From the NCBI GenBank assembly GCA_035465595.1, contig DATIVW010000152.1, positions 1-44,925 on the forward strand: DNA of 44,925 bases, in the 5' to 3' direction. Shown here piece by piece: positions 29,464 to 39,696 of this stretch. The notes under the pieces are model-generated. The model saw only the letters and a list, made by a program, of their open reading frames with translations, searched no databases and had not been told where the DNA came from. Position 1 is the stretch's first letter. Each line of letters starts with the position of its first letter. A program made the position numbers and the translations under genes. The DNA is from Rhizomicrobium sp. (lineage in GTDB: Bacteria > Pseudomonadota > Alphaproteobacteria > Micropepsales > Micropepsaceae).

Positions 29464-30162
29464 TCAAACCTTTCCGAGGCGGCGGGTGCGCACAATCTGA
29501 TAGCCGCGGCGTCCAAGATACCAGACGGGCGCGCTGAGAATGTGAACCAGCCTTGTGAACGGAAAGACAAGAAAGATCGTCAGACCTAATACAAGATGGG
29601 CCTTGAAGACAGGCGACACGCCTATCACGTAATCGGCGGCTCCAGGACGCAACGTTACGATGTGTTGGGCCCAATTCATCAGCGCGACCATCTCACTACC
29701 ATCGAGATGGTGGAGCGAGACAAAAATGCTGCCAAGGCCAAGCAGAAGCTGGGCAAGCAAAAGGACGAGTACCGCAATATCAGCGAGCGATGACGTCTTG
29801 CGGATTCGCGGATCGGACAGACGCCGATGCAGTAGCATCACAAGTCCGGCAAGGCATATCACGCCGGCGATGCCACCAACCACAATCGCAACAATCTGCT
29901 TGGCGGTGTGCGAGATCCCGAGTGCCTCGAAAATGAAGACCGGCGTCAGAAGGCCGCCGGTATGGCCAACAAGAATGATGAGAATGCCAACATGAAAAAG
30001 ATTGCTGCCCCAGATGAGCTGGCGCCGGCGCAGCAGCTGGCTCGACTGGCTCCGCCATGTGTATTGCTCGCGATCGAAGCGGATAAGGCTACCGACCAGA
30101 AATACCGAAAGGCAGATATAGGGATAGATACCGAAGAGAAGTGTGTTCGCCCAGGTGTTCAT
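29464..30162 (-). CDS. narI: Respiratory nitrate reductase gamma subunit
   Basis: QYTWRSQSSQLL, SNLFHVG, FPFTRLVH; heme-ligand His residues. Confidence 0.97.
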   Translation of the reverse strand: MNTWANTLLFGIYPYICLSVFLVGSLIRFDREQYTWRSQSSQLLRRRQLIWGSNLFHVGILIILVGHTGGLLTPVFIFEALGISHTAKQIVAIVVGGIAGVICLAGLVMLLHRRLSDPRIRKTSSLADIAVLVLLLAQLLLGLGSIFVSLHHLDGSEMVALMNWAQHIVTLRPGAADYVIGVSPVFKAHLVLGLTIFLVFPFTRLVHILSAPVWYLGRRGYQIVRTRRLGKV

Positions 30163-30881
30163 GCATCTTCTCCCGCGAGCGGCCGGCTGCCGAATTTCTC
30201 AGGTGGTGCATTCATTTTGCGCAATATCTCATCCGCACGAGGACAGCCGTCGGTTTTGGCATCGCCGGGCCCGAACCGCACCTCTGTTTCCTCCCAAGCC
30301 CGGTCAAGCGCCTCGAGGTCATCGGGATTTTCGATTTGTGTTTCCCGAAGCTCGGCCAATACCGCCTCGCTGGGACGGCCCTCCGACAAGGCGACAAGGG
30401 CTTCAAATACCTTGGCATAGGCGCTACCGCGCCTGTGCAGGCGCTCACCCAGCGCCGCCAGAACATGTGCCGGCTCCTTCAGCATTGCGCGCGCGCTGTC
30501 CACTGGTTGCAGTGAAAGAAACTCCAGGAAAAGCGGGATGTAGTCCGGCAGTTCTTTTGTCGCGATTTCCATGCCAGCCGCGCGGTAACGTTCGCTCAGG
30601 GCGACCATCGCCTGCCCGCGGTCGCGCGACTCGCCATGCACGTGCTCGAAAAGGTGGAGCGACAGGGCCCGCGTCCGGTCGAATAGATCAATGTATCGAG
30701 ACTGCACGTCCAGCAGATCGCCACCGGCGATATCGCCGATCAATGCGCCGATTGCTGCGCGATCCTTTGCACTCAGCAGACGTTCCGTGTTCAGTGCGAG
30801 CACCAAATCGCGCGCAACTTCCTGAAATTCCGCTGTCGGGTATGAGAGTGCAGCGCTCAGAACCTTGTAGGTCGCAATCAT
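30159..30881 (-). CDS. narJ: Nitrate reductase Moco chaperone
   Basis: SLHLFEHVHGESRDRGQAM, ELPDYIPLFLEFL. Confidence 0.97.
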   Translation of the reverse strand: MIATYKVLSAALSYPTAEFQEVARDLVLALNTERLLSAKDRAAIGALIGDIAGGDLLDVQSRYIDLFDRTRALSLHLFEHVHGESRDRGQAMVALSERYRAAGMEIATKELPDYIPLFLEFLSLQPVDSARAMLKEPAHVLAALGERLHRRGSAYAKVFEALVALSEGRPSEAVLAELRETQIENPDDLEALDRAWEETEVRFGPGDAKTDGCPRADEILRKMNAPPEKFGSRPLAGEDA

Positions 30882-30882
30882 C

Positions 30883-32406
30883 CTAGAGCTCCGCCGGATT
30901 CGGCACCTTGTGCTTGCGCGGTACGTTGAAGATATTTGTATCGCTCGCCCCGTCCGAGCAGCCATTGCCGAAGCTGAAACCACAGCTTCCGCGCAAGTCG
31001 AACGCGTCCTCATCACGTTCACGATGCACCGTGGGGATTACGAAGCGATCTTCGTAATTCGCAATCGCCATGTAGCGGTACATCTCTTCGATCTGCGCCG
31101 GCGCAAGCCCCACGCGAGAAGCGACGCCTTCATCGATCACGCCATCGACGGTCTTCGCACGCATATAGGCGCGCATCGCCATCATGCGTTCAAGCGCCAG
31201 GGCGACCGGCTCCTCCTTGCCAGCGGTGAGCATGTTGGCCAGATATTTGAGCGGGATGCGCAGGCTGCGCACGTCCGGCATATCGCGATCGAGATCGATT
31301 TGTCCCCGCTCGGCGGCAGACTGGATCGGCGACAGAGGCGGAACGTACCAGACCATCGGCAGTGTCCGGTATTCAGGATGAAGTGGAAACGCCACTTTCC
31401 AATCCATCGCCATCTTCCATACCGGAGATTTCTTCGCGGCTTCGATCCATGCCTGCGGCACGCCGTCGTTCGCCGCCTGTGCCTGAACTCTGGAATCGAA
31501 CGGGTCGAGAAATATCGACAGTTGCGCTTCGTAGAGATCGGCCTCATCCGGCGTCGCCGCGGCTTCCGCGATGCGGTCCGCATCGTAGAGGACGACGCCG
31601 AGGTAACGGATGCGGCCGACGCAGGTCTCCGAACACACTGTCGGCTGACCAACTTCAATCCGCGGATAGCAAAGAATGCACTTCTCGGATTTTCCCGACT
31701 GCCAGTTATAGTAGACCTTCTTGTAGGGACAGCCGGATACGCACATGCGCCAGCCGCGGCACTTATCCTGATCGATCAGGACGATGCCGTCCTCCTCGCG
31801 CTTGTAGATCGCTCCCGAGGGACAAACCGCTACACAGGCGGGATTGAGGCAGTGCTCGCAAAGCCGCGGCAGATACATCATGAAGGTATTTTCGAACTGG
31901 CCGTAGATTTCCTTCTGCACACCTTCGAAGTTCACATCCTTCGAGCGCTTGGAGAATTCGCCGCCGAGGATCTCCTCCCAGTTCGGCCCGCCTTCGATCT
32001 TCTCCATGCGCTCACCTGTAACAAGCGAGCGCGGCCGCGCCGTCGGCATTGTCTTCGAGTCCGGCGCATTGTGCAGGTGCTGATAGTCGAACGTGAACGG
32101 CTCGTAGTAGTCGTCGATCTCCGGCAAATCAGGATTGGCGAAAATATTGGCGAGGATGCGCCACTTGGCGCCAAGCCTCGGCTGCAGCTTTCCATTTTTT
32201 TTGACAAGCCAGCCGCCGTTCCAGCGCTTCTGGTTTTCCCACTCCTTGGGATAGCCGACGCCAGGCTTGGTCTCAACGTTGTTGAACCATGCGTATTCGA
32301 CGCCTTCGCGCGATGTCCAGACATTCTTGCAGGTCACAGAGCAGGTGTGACACCCGATGCATTTGTCGAGGTTCAGCACCATTGCGATTTGCGCGCGGAC
32401 TTTCAT
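30883..32406 (-). CDS. narH: Respiratory nitrate reductase beta subunit
   Basis: NLDKCIGCHTCSVTCK and further Fe-S Cys clusters. Confidence 0.98.
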   Translation of the reverse strand: MKVRAQIAMVLNLDKCIGCHTCSVTCKNVWTSREGVEYAWFNNVETKPGVGYPKEWENQKRWNGGWLVKKNGKLQPRLGAKWRILANIFANPDLPEIDDYYEPFTFDYQHLHNAPDSKTMPTARPRSLVTGERMEKIEGGPNWEEILGGEFSKRSKDVNFEGVQKEIYGQFENTFMMYLPRLCEHCLNPACVAVCPSGAIYKREEDGIVLIDQDKCRGWRMCVSGCPYKKVYYNWQSGKSEKCILCYPRIEVGQPTVCSETCVGRIRYLGVVLYDADRIAEAAATPDEADLYEAQLSIFLDPFDSRVQAQAANDGVPQAWIEAAKKSPVWKMAMDWKVAFPLHPEYRTLPMVWYVPPLSPIQSAAERGQIDLDRDMPDVRSLRIPLKYLANMLTAGKEEPVALALERMMAMRAYMRAKTVDGVIDEGVASRVGLAPAQIEEMYRYMAIANYEDRFVIPTVHRERDEDAFDLRGSCGFSFGNGCSDGASDTNIFNVPRKHKVPNPAEL

Positions 32407-35400
32407 CGGGCAACCTCCGGGGCGCGCTCGGATGTCGTGCCGTCGAGCCAGTCGATCTTGGCCTGCTTGCGTACTATGACGAACTCATCTCGGTTGGATC
32501 CGACGGTTCCATAATAGTTGAAGCCATAGCTCAACTGGGCGTAGCCGCCGATCATATGCGTGGGCTTGAGAACCGTGCGGGTGACCGAATTGTGGATTCC
32601 GCCCCGCTGTCCCGTCACCTCCGAGCCCGGCACGTTCACGATTTTCTCCTGCGCGTGGTACATGAGAACCATGCCTTCGGGCACGCGCTGCGAAACAACG
32701 GCGCGCGCCACAAGCGCGCCATTTAGATTGTAAGCCTCTATCCAGTCGTTGTCCTCGATGCCGGCTTTCTTCGCATCGATCTCGCTGATCCATACGATAG
32801 GCCCGCCGCGCGATAACGTAAGCATCAGGAGGTTGTCCGTATATGTCGAATGGATGCCCCATTTCTGGTGCGGCGTGATGAAGTTCAGCACGAGCTGCGT
32901 GTTGCCGTTCTCCTTCGCGTCGATAACGGGCTTGATCGATTTTGTGTCGATGGGCGGACGATAGACGGCCAACTGCTCGCCAAAGGCACGCATCCATGGA
33001 TGGTCCTGGAAAGTCTGTTGCCGGCCAGTGAGTGTCCTCCAAGGGATCAATTCATGGACGTTGGTGTAGCCGGCGTTGTAGCAGACCTTTTCGGACTCGA
33101 TTCCCGACCAGGTCGGCGAGGAAATGATCTTCCGCGGCTGGGCCTGGATATCGCGAAAGCGGATCTTTTCGTCTTCCTTCGCTTCGGCGAGGTGTACATG
33201 GTCGCGACCCGTGGTTTCTCCAAGCGCTTTCCATGCCTTGACCGCTACTTCACCGTTGGTTTCGGGCGCCAATGACAGAATAACCTCTGTCGCATCAATA
33301 TCGGTATCGATGCGGGGCAGCCCTCTGGTAGCGCCGTCCTCCGAAACCACGCCGTTGAGCTTTCCGAGAAGCTCGACTTCGTGCTCGGTCTTCCATGCAA
33401 TGCCCTTGCCGCCATTGCCGATCGTGCTCATCAGGGGGCCGACGGAAGTGAACCGCTTGTAGATGTTCGGGTAATCGCGCTCGATGATGGCGACGGACGC
33501 CATGGTTTTGCCCGGGATGGGCGCTGTGCCGTCGCGTCCCCAATCCTTTACATCGAGCGGTTGCGCCAATTCGCCCGGCGTATCGTGCTGCATGGGAACC
33601 AGCACAAGATCCTTTTCCTTGCCAAGCGTCTCCTGTGCGACTTCGGAAAACTTGCGGGCGATGCCCTTGTAGATCTCCCAGTCGCTTCGGCTCTCCCATA
33701 CCGGATCCACGGCGGCGCTCAGCGGGTGAATGAACGGGTGCATGTCGGAGGTGTTGAGATCGTTCTTCTCGTACCATGTGGCGGTTGGAAGAACGATATC
33801 GGAGTAAACGCATGTCGTGGACATGCGGAAATCCAGCGTGACCAGAAGGTCGAGCTTTCCTTCCGGCGCCTCTTCGTGCCACACGACTTCGGAGGGCTTC
33901 TGCACGCCGGTGTCGCCGAGGTCTTTGCCCTGTACGCCGTGCGCGGTGCCCAGCAGGTGCTTCAGAAAATACTCGTGTCCCTTGCCGCTGGAGCCCAGAA
34001 TGTTCGAGCGCCAGACAAAGAGATTGCGCGGCCAATTTACAGGGTTGTCCGGATCTTCGCACGACAGTTTCAGATGGCCCGATGCCAGCTCGTCACGGAC
34101 GTAATCGGCCGCGGATTTTCCGGATGCTTCGGCAGCGCGCGCGACATTCAGCGGATTGGCCTGCAATTGCGGCGCCGAGGGAAGCCATCCCATGCGCTCC
34201 GCGCGCACGTTGAAGTCGATGAGGCTGCCTTTCCACTCGTCTTTGTTCGCCAGGGGCGAAAGGATTTCGTCGACGCCCAGCGTTTCGTAGCGCCATTGAT
34301 CGGAGTGCGCGTACCAATAGGACGTCGCATTCATCTGTCGCGGCGGGCGCGCCCAGTCGAGCGCGAAAGCCAGCGGCGTCCAGCCGGTCTGCGGACGGAG
34401 CTTCTCCTGTCCCACGTAGTGCGACCAGCCACCGCCTTCCTTTCCGATGCAACCGCACATCACAAGCATGTTAATGATGCCGCGATAGGTCATGTCCATG
34501 TGGTACCAGTGGTTAATACCGGCACCAAGGATGACCATCGACTTTCCTTGGGTCTTCTCCGCGTTCTTCGCGAAGGCGCGCGCAACAGAGATGACCGAAT
34601 CCGGCTTCACGCCCGTGATGCGTTCCTGCCAGGCCGGCGTGTAGGGTACATCGTCTTCGAAACTTCTGGCGACATTTGGGCCACCCAGCCCGCGATCGAC
34701 GCCATAGTTTGCACACATGAGATCGAAGACGGTCGCGACATACGCTTCGCCGCCTGCGAGCTTGATCTTTCGCGCCGGGACATTTCGCGCCAGAACTTCG
34801 TCGTGTTTGGTGCCGGTGAAATAGTCGTGATGCCGTCCGCCGAAATACGGAAACGCGACGGAAAGCACTGCGTCGCGACTGTCCATAACGGACATCGCGA
34901 GCTTCACTTCCGCTTTGCCCGCGCGCTCCTCAAGATTCCACTTGCCTTTTTCGCCCCAGCGAAAGCCAATCGAGCCTTGCGGCGCGACGACACGATCGGT
35001 CAGTTCGTCAAACGCGACGGTCTTCCACTCAGGATTGTTGGTCTCGCCGAGCAACCCTTCGAAATCGCTGGCACGGAGAATCCGCTCCGGAACGTATCCG
35101 TCGCCTTGCTTCACAAGCCGCACAAGGAATGGCATGTCGCTGTATTTGCGGCAATAATCCGCGAAGTAAGGCACTTGCCTGTCGACGTGAAATTCCTTCA
35201 GGATGACATGGCCAAATGCCATGGCGAGCGCCGAGTCCGTACCCTGCTTCGGATGCAGCCACAGGTCTCCAAACTTGGCAGCCTCGCTGTAGTCCGGCGT
35301 GATGACGACACTTCTGGTGCCGCGATAACGCGCCTCGGTGTAGAAATGCGCGTCGGGTGTGCGCGTCTGGGGAACGTTCGAGCCCCAGAGAAGCAGGAAA

Positions 35401-36140
35401 CCGGCGTTGTACCAATCGGCACTCTCAGGCACGTCGGTTTGTTCGCCCCAAATCTGCGGCGAGGAAGGCGGCAAGTCGCAATACCAATCGTAAAAACTCA
35501 GACAAACGCCGCCCAAAAGCGACAGATAGCGCGTGCCGGAAGCATAGGAAACCATCGACATCGCCGGGATCGGCGAGAAGCCGGCTATGCGGTCCGGGCC
35601 GTACTTCTTGATGGTGTAGGCATTGGCGGCAGCAACGATCTCGTTAGCTTCATCCCAGCCGAGACGGACAAAGCCGCCCAGTCCGCGACGCGACGTGTAG
35701 GAACTGCGCTTGTCGGGATTCTCGACGATAGACTTCCACGCCTCGACCGGGCCTGCGGTCTTGCGGGCCTCGCGCCACAGCCGGATGAGTGTGCCCCGCA
35801 CCATCGGATATTTCAGACGATTGGCGCTGTAGAGATACCAGGAATAACTGGCACCTCGGGCACAGCCGCGCGGTTCATGGTTTGGGAGCTCCGGGCGCGT
35901 GCGCGGATAGTCCGTCTGCTGCGTCTCCCAAGTGACGATGCCGCCCTTGACGTAGATCTTCCAGCTGCACGAGCCGGTGCAGTTCACGCCATGCGTGGAG
36001 CGCACGATCTTGTCGTGCGCCCAGCGCTGGCGGTAACCGTCTTCCCAAGCGCGATCTTCTGTGGTCGTCGTGCCATGTCCATCGGCAAAAGTTCCACTAT
36101 ATTTTTTGAAAAAGGTCAGTCGATCGAGAAACTGGCTCAT
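32403..36140 (-). CDS. narG: Respiratory nitrate reductase alpha subunit
   Basis: RSTHGVNCTGSCSW, SFYDWYCDLP, TPHQKWGIHS; 1245 aa; no Tat leader. Confidence 0.98.
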   Translation of the reverse strand: MSQFLDRLTFFKKYSGTFADGHGTTTTEDRAWEDGYRQRWAHDKIVRSTHGVNCTGSCSWKIYVKGGIVTWETQQTDYPRTRPELPNHEPRGCARGASYSWYLYSANRLKYPMVRGTLIRLWREARKTAGPVEAWKSIVENPDKRSSYTSRRGLGGFVRLGWDEANEIVAAANAYTIKKYGPDRIAGFSPIPAMSMVSYASGTRYLSLLGGVCLSFYDWYCDLPPSSPQIWGEQTDVPESADWYNAGFLLLWGSNVPQTRTPDAHFYTEARYRGTRSVVITPDYSEAAKFGDLWLHPKQGTDSALAMAFGHVILKEFHVDRQVPYFADYCRKYSDMPFLVRLVKQGDGYVPERILRASDFEGLLGETNNPEWKTVAFDELTDRVVAPQGSIGFRWGEKGKWNLEERAGKAEVKLAMSVMDSRDAVLSVAFPYFGGRHHDYFTGTKHDEVLARNVPARKIKLAGGEAYVATVFDLMCANYGVDRGLGGPNVARSFEDDVPYTPAWQERITGVKPDSVISVARAFAKNAEKTQGKSMVILGAGINHWYHMDMTYRGIINMLVMCGCIGKEGGGWSHYVGQEKLRPQTGWTPLAFALDWARPPRQMNATSYWYAHSDQWRYETLGVDEILSPLANKDEWKGSLIDFNVRAERMGWLPSAPQLQANPLNVARAAEASGKSAADYVRDELASGHLKLSCEDPDNPVNWPRNLFVWRSNILGSSGKGHEYFLKHLLGTAHGVQGKDLGDTGVQKPSEVVWHEEAPEGKLDLLVTLDFRMSTTCVYSDIVLPTATWYEKNDLNTSDMHPFIHPLSAAVDPVWESRSDWEIYKGIARKFSEVAQETLGKEKDLVLVPMQHDTPGELAQPLDVKDWGRDGTAPIPGKTMASVAIIERDYPNIYKRFTSVGPLMSTIGNGGKGIAWKTEHEVELLGKLNGVVSEDGATRGLPRIDTDIDATEVILSLAPETNGEVAVKAWKALGETTGRDHVHLAEAKEDEKIRFRDIQAQPRKIISSPTWSGIESEKVCYNAGYTNVHELIPWRTLTGRQQTFQDHPWMRAFGEQLAVYRPPIDTKSIKPVIDAKENGNTQLVLNFITPHQKWGIHSTYTDNLLMLTLSRGGPIVWISEIDAKKAGIEDNDWIEAYNLNGALVARAVVSQRVPEGMVLMYHAQEKIVNVPGSEVTGQRGGIHNSVTRTVLKPTHMIGGYAQLSYGFNYYGTVGSNRDEFVIVRKQAKIDWLDGTTSERAPEVAR

Positions 36141-36147
36141 GAAGTTC

Positions 36148-37509
36148 CTAACGTGCGGCAGCCGAAACCGATGGTGCTCCGTTTGACCGGTGAAGCTCCG
36201 CCATTTCGGGCAGTTCCGGCAAGGATTTTAGCTCTTCAACCCTCCGGCGCTCCATGAGCCGGATTGCCCCATGCATCCACATAAGCGCAATTGTAACAAG
36301 CCCGAACAACAACATGAAGCAACTCGTCCAGACGCCGATCCGATCGTTCATTACGCCGAATGCGATCGGCAGAACGAAACCGCCGAGACCGCCGATGGCA
36401 CCGACGAGGCCACCGACCGCACCGACATGCTCGGGATAATAGACGGGTATATGCTTATAGACGGCGGCCATGCCGATGGCCATGAAGAAGCCGAGAATCG
36501 TCGTAAGTGTAACAAAAGCCGGCAGCCCGATCTCGAACGAGAACGCGATTGGTCCCTTGATGCCGTGAACTACATAATCCGTCGCCGGATAGGAGAGGAT
36601 GAAGCACACCGCGCAGGAAACGATGAAAGTGACATACATTACGCTGCGCGCACCGATGCGGTCAGAAACCCATCCGCCGAACGCGCGGAATGCGGCTGCC
36701 GGCAACGCGTAAGCGGTGGTAAATAAGCCGGCCTTCGCGAGCGGCAGGTCGTACATGCCCATGTAGTAGCGCGGCAGCCAGCTTGCCAAGGCCACGAACG
36801 CGCCGAAGACGAAAAAATAGTACAGCGAAAAACGCCAGACCTGGAGCCGCGCAAGTGGCGCGAGTTGATCCACAAGCTTGCGCGGCTTCACTGTGCCTGT
36901 TGCGCAGGCTGTGCTGGCTGGATCGTTCTCGGTCAGAAAATAGAAAATTAGCGCGCTACCCGCTAAAATCGCCGCATAGAGCTGCACCGTTTCACGCCAT
37001 CCCATTGCGTCGACAAGCAGCGGTGCCCCAAAGGTCGTTACCGCCGTTCCTATCGTGCCGGCGCCGAAGATGCCGAACGCCATTCCCTGGTGCGCGCGAT
37101 CGAACCATGTCGACACATAAGAAATGCCCACGACGAATGAGCCGCCCGCAAACCCCAGCCCAAGTGCTGCAAGGAGAAACATCGGATAGCTCGCGGCAAT
37201 TGAAACAGCGTACACCGCGCCGGATGTGAGCAGCATGAGGATAGCAAAGACATATCGGCCGCCAAAACGATCGCTCAGCAGGCCCAAAGGAATTCGGCTA
37301 AGGGCACCTGTCAGAACAGGTGTCGCGACTAGAAGGCCGAACTCGGCATCATCCAGACCCAACTCCTGCTTGACCTTCAAGCCGATGATCGAAAACAGAG
37401 TCCAGACAGCAAAACATACTGTGAATGCCGCGGTCGAAAATGAAAGTGCCCGATTTCGCCGGCCGGAGGATGTCACCGTCGTGACGATAGTCCCCGCTAT
37501 CTTATCCAT
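36148..37509 (-). CDS. narK: NarK-type nitrate/nitrite MFS transporter
   Basis: RIPLGLLSDRFGGR, YFFVFGAFVAL, GGLVGAIGGLGGF; directly upstream of narG. Confidence 0.92.
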   Translation of the reverse strand: MDKIAGTIVTTVTSSGRRNRALSFSTAAFTVCFAVWTLFSIIGLKVKQELGLDDAEFGLLVATPVLTGALSRIPLGLLSDRFGGRYVFAILMLLTSGAVYAVSIAASYPMFLLAALGLGFAGGSFVVGISYVSTWFDRAHQGMAFGIFGAGTIGTAVTTFGAPLLVDAMGWRETVQLYAAILAGSALIFYFLTENDPASTACATGTVKPRKLVDQLAPLARLQVWRFSLYYFFVFGAFVALASWLPRYYMGMYDLPLAKAGLFTTAYALPAAAFRAFGGWVSDRIGARSVMYVTFIVSCAVCFILSYPATDYVVHGIKGPIAFSFEIGLPAFVTLTTILGFFMAIGMAAVYKHIPVYYPEHVGAVGGLVGAIGGLGGFVLPIAFGVMNDRIGVWTSCFMLLFGLVTIALMWMHGAIRLMERRRVEELKSLPELPEMAELHRSNGAPSVSAAAR

Positions 37510-37568
37510 ACCCTGCCCGAGTCGCCGCAACAGCATTCGAAGACTATGGTACGCTGATAAACTGCGCC

Positions 37569-37582
37569 TTGATCTGCGTCAA
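37569..37582 (-). promoter_or_regulatory. FNR/FixK box of the narK-narGHJI promoter
   Basis: TTGAT-CTGC-GTCAA; -10-like CATAGT on the minus strand near 37543-37548. Confidence 0.8.
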
Positions 37583-37881
37583 GAATTTCCTATATCCGCG
37601 CCGTTAGTGCCGGCAGCGGCATCGATATCCTCTATGCGATTCATTCGTTGCAGGCACAGTGCGATAGCGCCATCGGCGAGTGTTCCCGCGACGACGCCCG
37701 TCAGCCCGCCCCAGGGAACGACGGGCTGGCGTGCTTCGTGACGCAGATGAAGAGCTGCCGTGACGTGCGCCGTATTCTTCGGCCGGACGATTGCGAGCGG
37801 TTCCCCGAGACTCGCCCAGGAAGAGGCGGGTTGCCCTGCACCGGAAAGCAGAAGACAACCCGCTGGGAACAGCTCGTTCAA
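37579..37881 (-). pseudogene. Truncated FAD-binding oxidoreductase (GlcD/D-lactate dehydrogenase-like) N-terminal fragment
   Basis: PLAIVRPKNTAHV...VVPWGGLTGVVAG...LQRMNRIEDID, then a stop inside the narK FNR box. Confidence 0.75.
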
Positions 37882-37921
37882 AGATGGAAATCAAAGAATG
37901 AAGGGCGAGACACCTTCACGG

Positions 37922-39037
37922 TTATAGCGGTTTGGCAGCAGATCTAAAATACGAAGCGCTGGAGAAAATCAGGCCGACCGTCGTCGCGAGCCACGCCGCG
38001 GCCGCGATCCAGGCGAAGCCGCGGCCCGCGCTTTGCAGAAACGGAAATTGCGTGGCCAGCGAAAATCGGAATGTAGCAACCGAATACATTCCAAGCGGAA
38101 ACACCAGGCTCCAAAGCGTGGGTGAATAGGTGAGCGGAACCCTGCAAACCAGATGTTTCCAGATTCCAAACAGCACCAGCAACGGAATCCACCACGTTCC
38201 CCATGCCCACACCATCATTGTCGTGCCTTCTATGAACGGTTCCGTGCTGGCCAGGAATCCTGCTTGCGGCCTGTTCAATATCAGGCTCGTACCTGCATTC
38301 GCGCTGATGGCGGCCGCGCCCATCACCACCCAAAGAAGGGGCGACAGGTCTTCAGGAGAAAGCTTGAAGAAGAATATCCGATAGCTGAACAGCGTGATGA
38401 ATATGGCATATAGCGCCAGCCCGATGCCCCAAAGCATGTGGACGAGAACAACTATTTCTGACCCGGCCGCTGGGAGATGGTTGGCGACGCGCGCGCCCAA
38501 CAGCACCAGCGACTGTGTGCCCACGATAGCGATGAGCCAGCCGCCATGCACAACATTGGCGTCTTGTGCGGTATTAAGGAACGTAAGGACGGCGAAGCTG
38601 AAATAGAGCAATAGAAGCCAGAGCACCAGAGCCGCAAACCATAGACTGGCGGCCGCAACCCAATATCCGCGCAGATCAAGCTGGACGCCGAAAACATCAA
38701 ACGCGGCTACTAACGTAAAAAACGAGAACACCTGTCGCGGATCGAACATGTCCTTCAAAAGTTCTTGTGTATAGCCGATCGCGCGAATGACAAGGATCAA
38801 GACCAACAGAGGAAGCGCGAGAACATTGACGAAAAAGAAGAACCCCGAGAGTCCGGTCTGTCCGGTGAAATAAAACGCATTCGAAACGATGCCGGTGGCC
38901 ATGACCAGCGCGGGATAACCGGGATAGAACGTCCGTATTCCCTCGCTTGACCTTGCTGAAAAGCCGCCTCTCCCAAGCCGCGCCCGGAAGAGATGCGGAT
39001 TCATTCGCGATGTGCCGCTTCGACCTTCAATGTCCAT
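37922..39037 (-). CDS. TDT (TehA/Ssu1/SLAC1) family anion transporter
   Basis: PGYPALVMATGIVS, FSFFTLVA, WVVMGAAAIS, WSLVFPLGMY; about 10 TM segments. Confidence 0.88.
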   Translation of the reverse strand: MDIEGRSGTSRMNPHLFRARLGRGGFSARSSEGIRTFYPGYPALVMATGIVSNAFYFTGQTGLSGFFFFVNVLALPLLVLILVIRAIGYTQELLKDMFDPRQVFSFFTLVAAFDVFGVQLDLRGYWVAAASLWFAALVLWLLLLYFSFAVLTFLNTAQDANVVHGGWLIAIVGTQSLVLLGARVANHLPAAGSEIVVLVHMLWGIGLALYAIFITLFSYRIFFFKLSPEDLSPLLWVVMGAAAISANAGTSLILNRPQAGFLASTEPFIEGTTMMVWAWGTWWIPLLVLFGIWKHLVCRVPLTYSPTLWSLVFPLGMYSVATFRFSLATQFPFLQSAGRGFAWIAAAAWLATTVGLIFSSASYFRSAAKPL

Positions 39038-39142
39038 CTCATCCCCGCAGTCCTCTCATCTCACCATTGGAAGGCACATCCGTTGCGGTCAGCGCTTTTT
39101 TAAAAATGCCTACGACACAACCATGCCGAGAAACACGCAACT

Positions 39143-39164
39143 ATCCTTGCGCTAGCGCAAGGAT
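39143..39164. promoter_or_regulatory. Perfect 22-bp palindrome containing a FixK-type box
   Basis: ATCCTTGCGCTAGCGCAAGGAT; core TTGC-N6-GCAA at 39147-39160. Confidence 0.65.
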
Positions 39165-39522
39165 CTACGCGTCTTCGATTTCCTGAATCTGGCTGCTCGA
39201 GGCCGCCCGACGACCGCTGGAGACAATCTACTGGACCGCGTAGTCTCTGGCCGATTCCTGCGCCAGCGACGTCATTCTGAGCTTGGATGGGCAGCGAATC
39301 CCCTGTCCCTTCCAAAAATCAGATCCCGGCATATTCGTGGTGCGATCCAGCCAAGATCGGTCTTGAACGTCGATTTCTCAAAGGAGAAGGATATTCGACT
39401 CGCCGCCGGCTCAGCAGGATTCTTGGTACTTGAGATCTTGGGTCTCAGCTTCGTTCGTGCATCACCGCAACGAGACCCAAATCCCCTTGCATCGCGATCC
39501 CAATTCTGTCCCATCGGTTCTG

Positions 39523-39696
39523 ATGGCGAGCAACGACCCTAAAATAGCGATTCCTGCCGAACTGTTGGCCGATCAGATCAGCGCGATGGGCGATGGCTGG
39601 ATGATGCTCTTTCCGATCGAGCCGGAACGCTTTCAGCCTAAGCGCGTGAAAGCCCTGTTGGACGCGACCATGGCGCTGATCGCACCGCAAGCATGA
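39523..39696 (+). pseudogene. Possible C-terminal remnant of a TetR-family regulator
   Basis: LADQISAMGDGWMMLFPIEPERF resembles TetR C-terminal helices; no HTH upstream. Confidence 0.35.

Noticed and set aside
32403-36140. Nitrite oxidoreductase or periplasm-facing Nar
   Set aside because: Canonical narK-narGHJI order, no Tat signal, standard NarG motifs
33381-36257. 958-aa plus-strand ORF and similar long ORFs (6282-8267, 30910-32514, 42967-44547)
   Set aside because: Antisense shadows of well-supported genes in GC-rich DNA; no recognisable motifs
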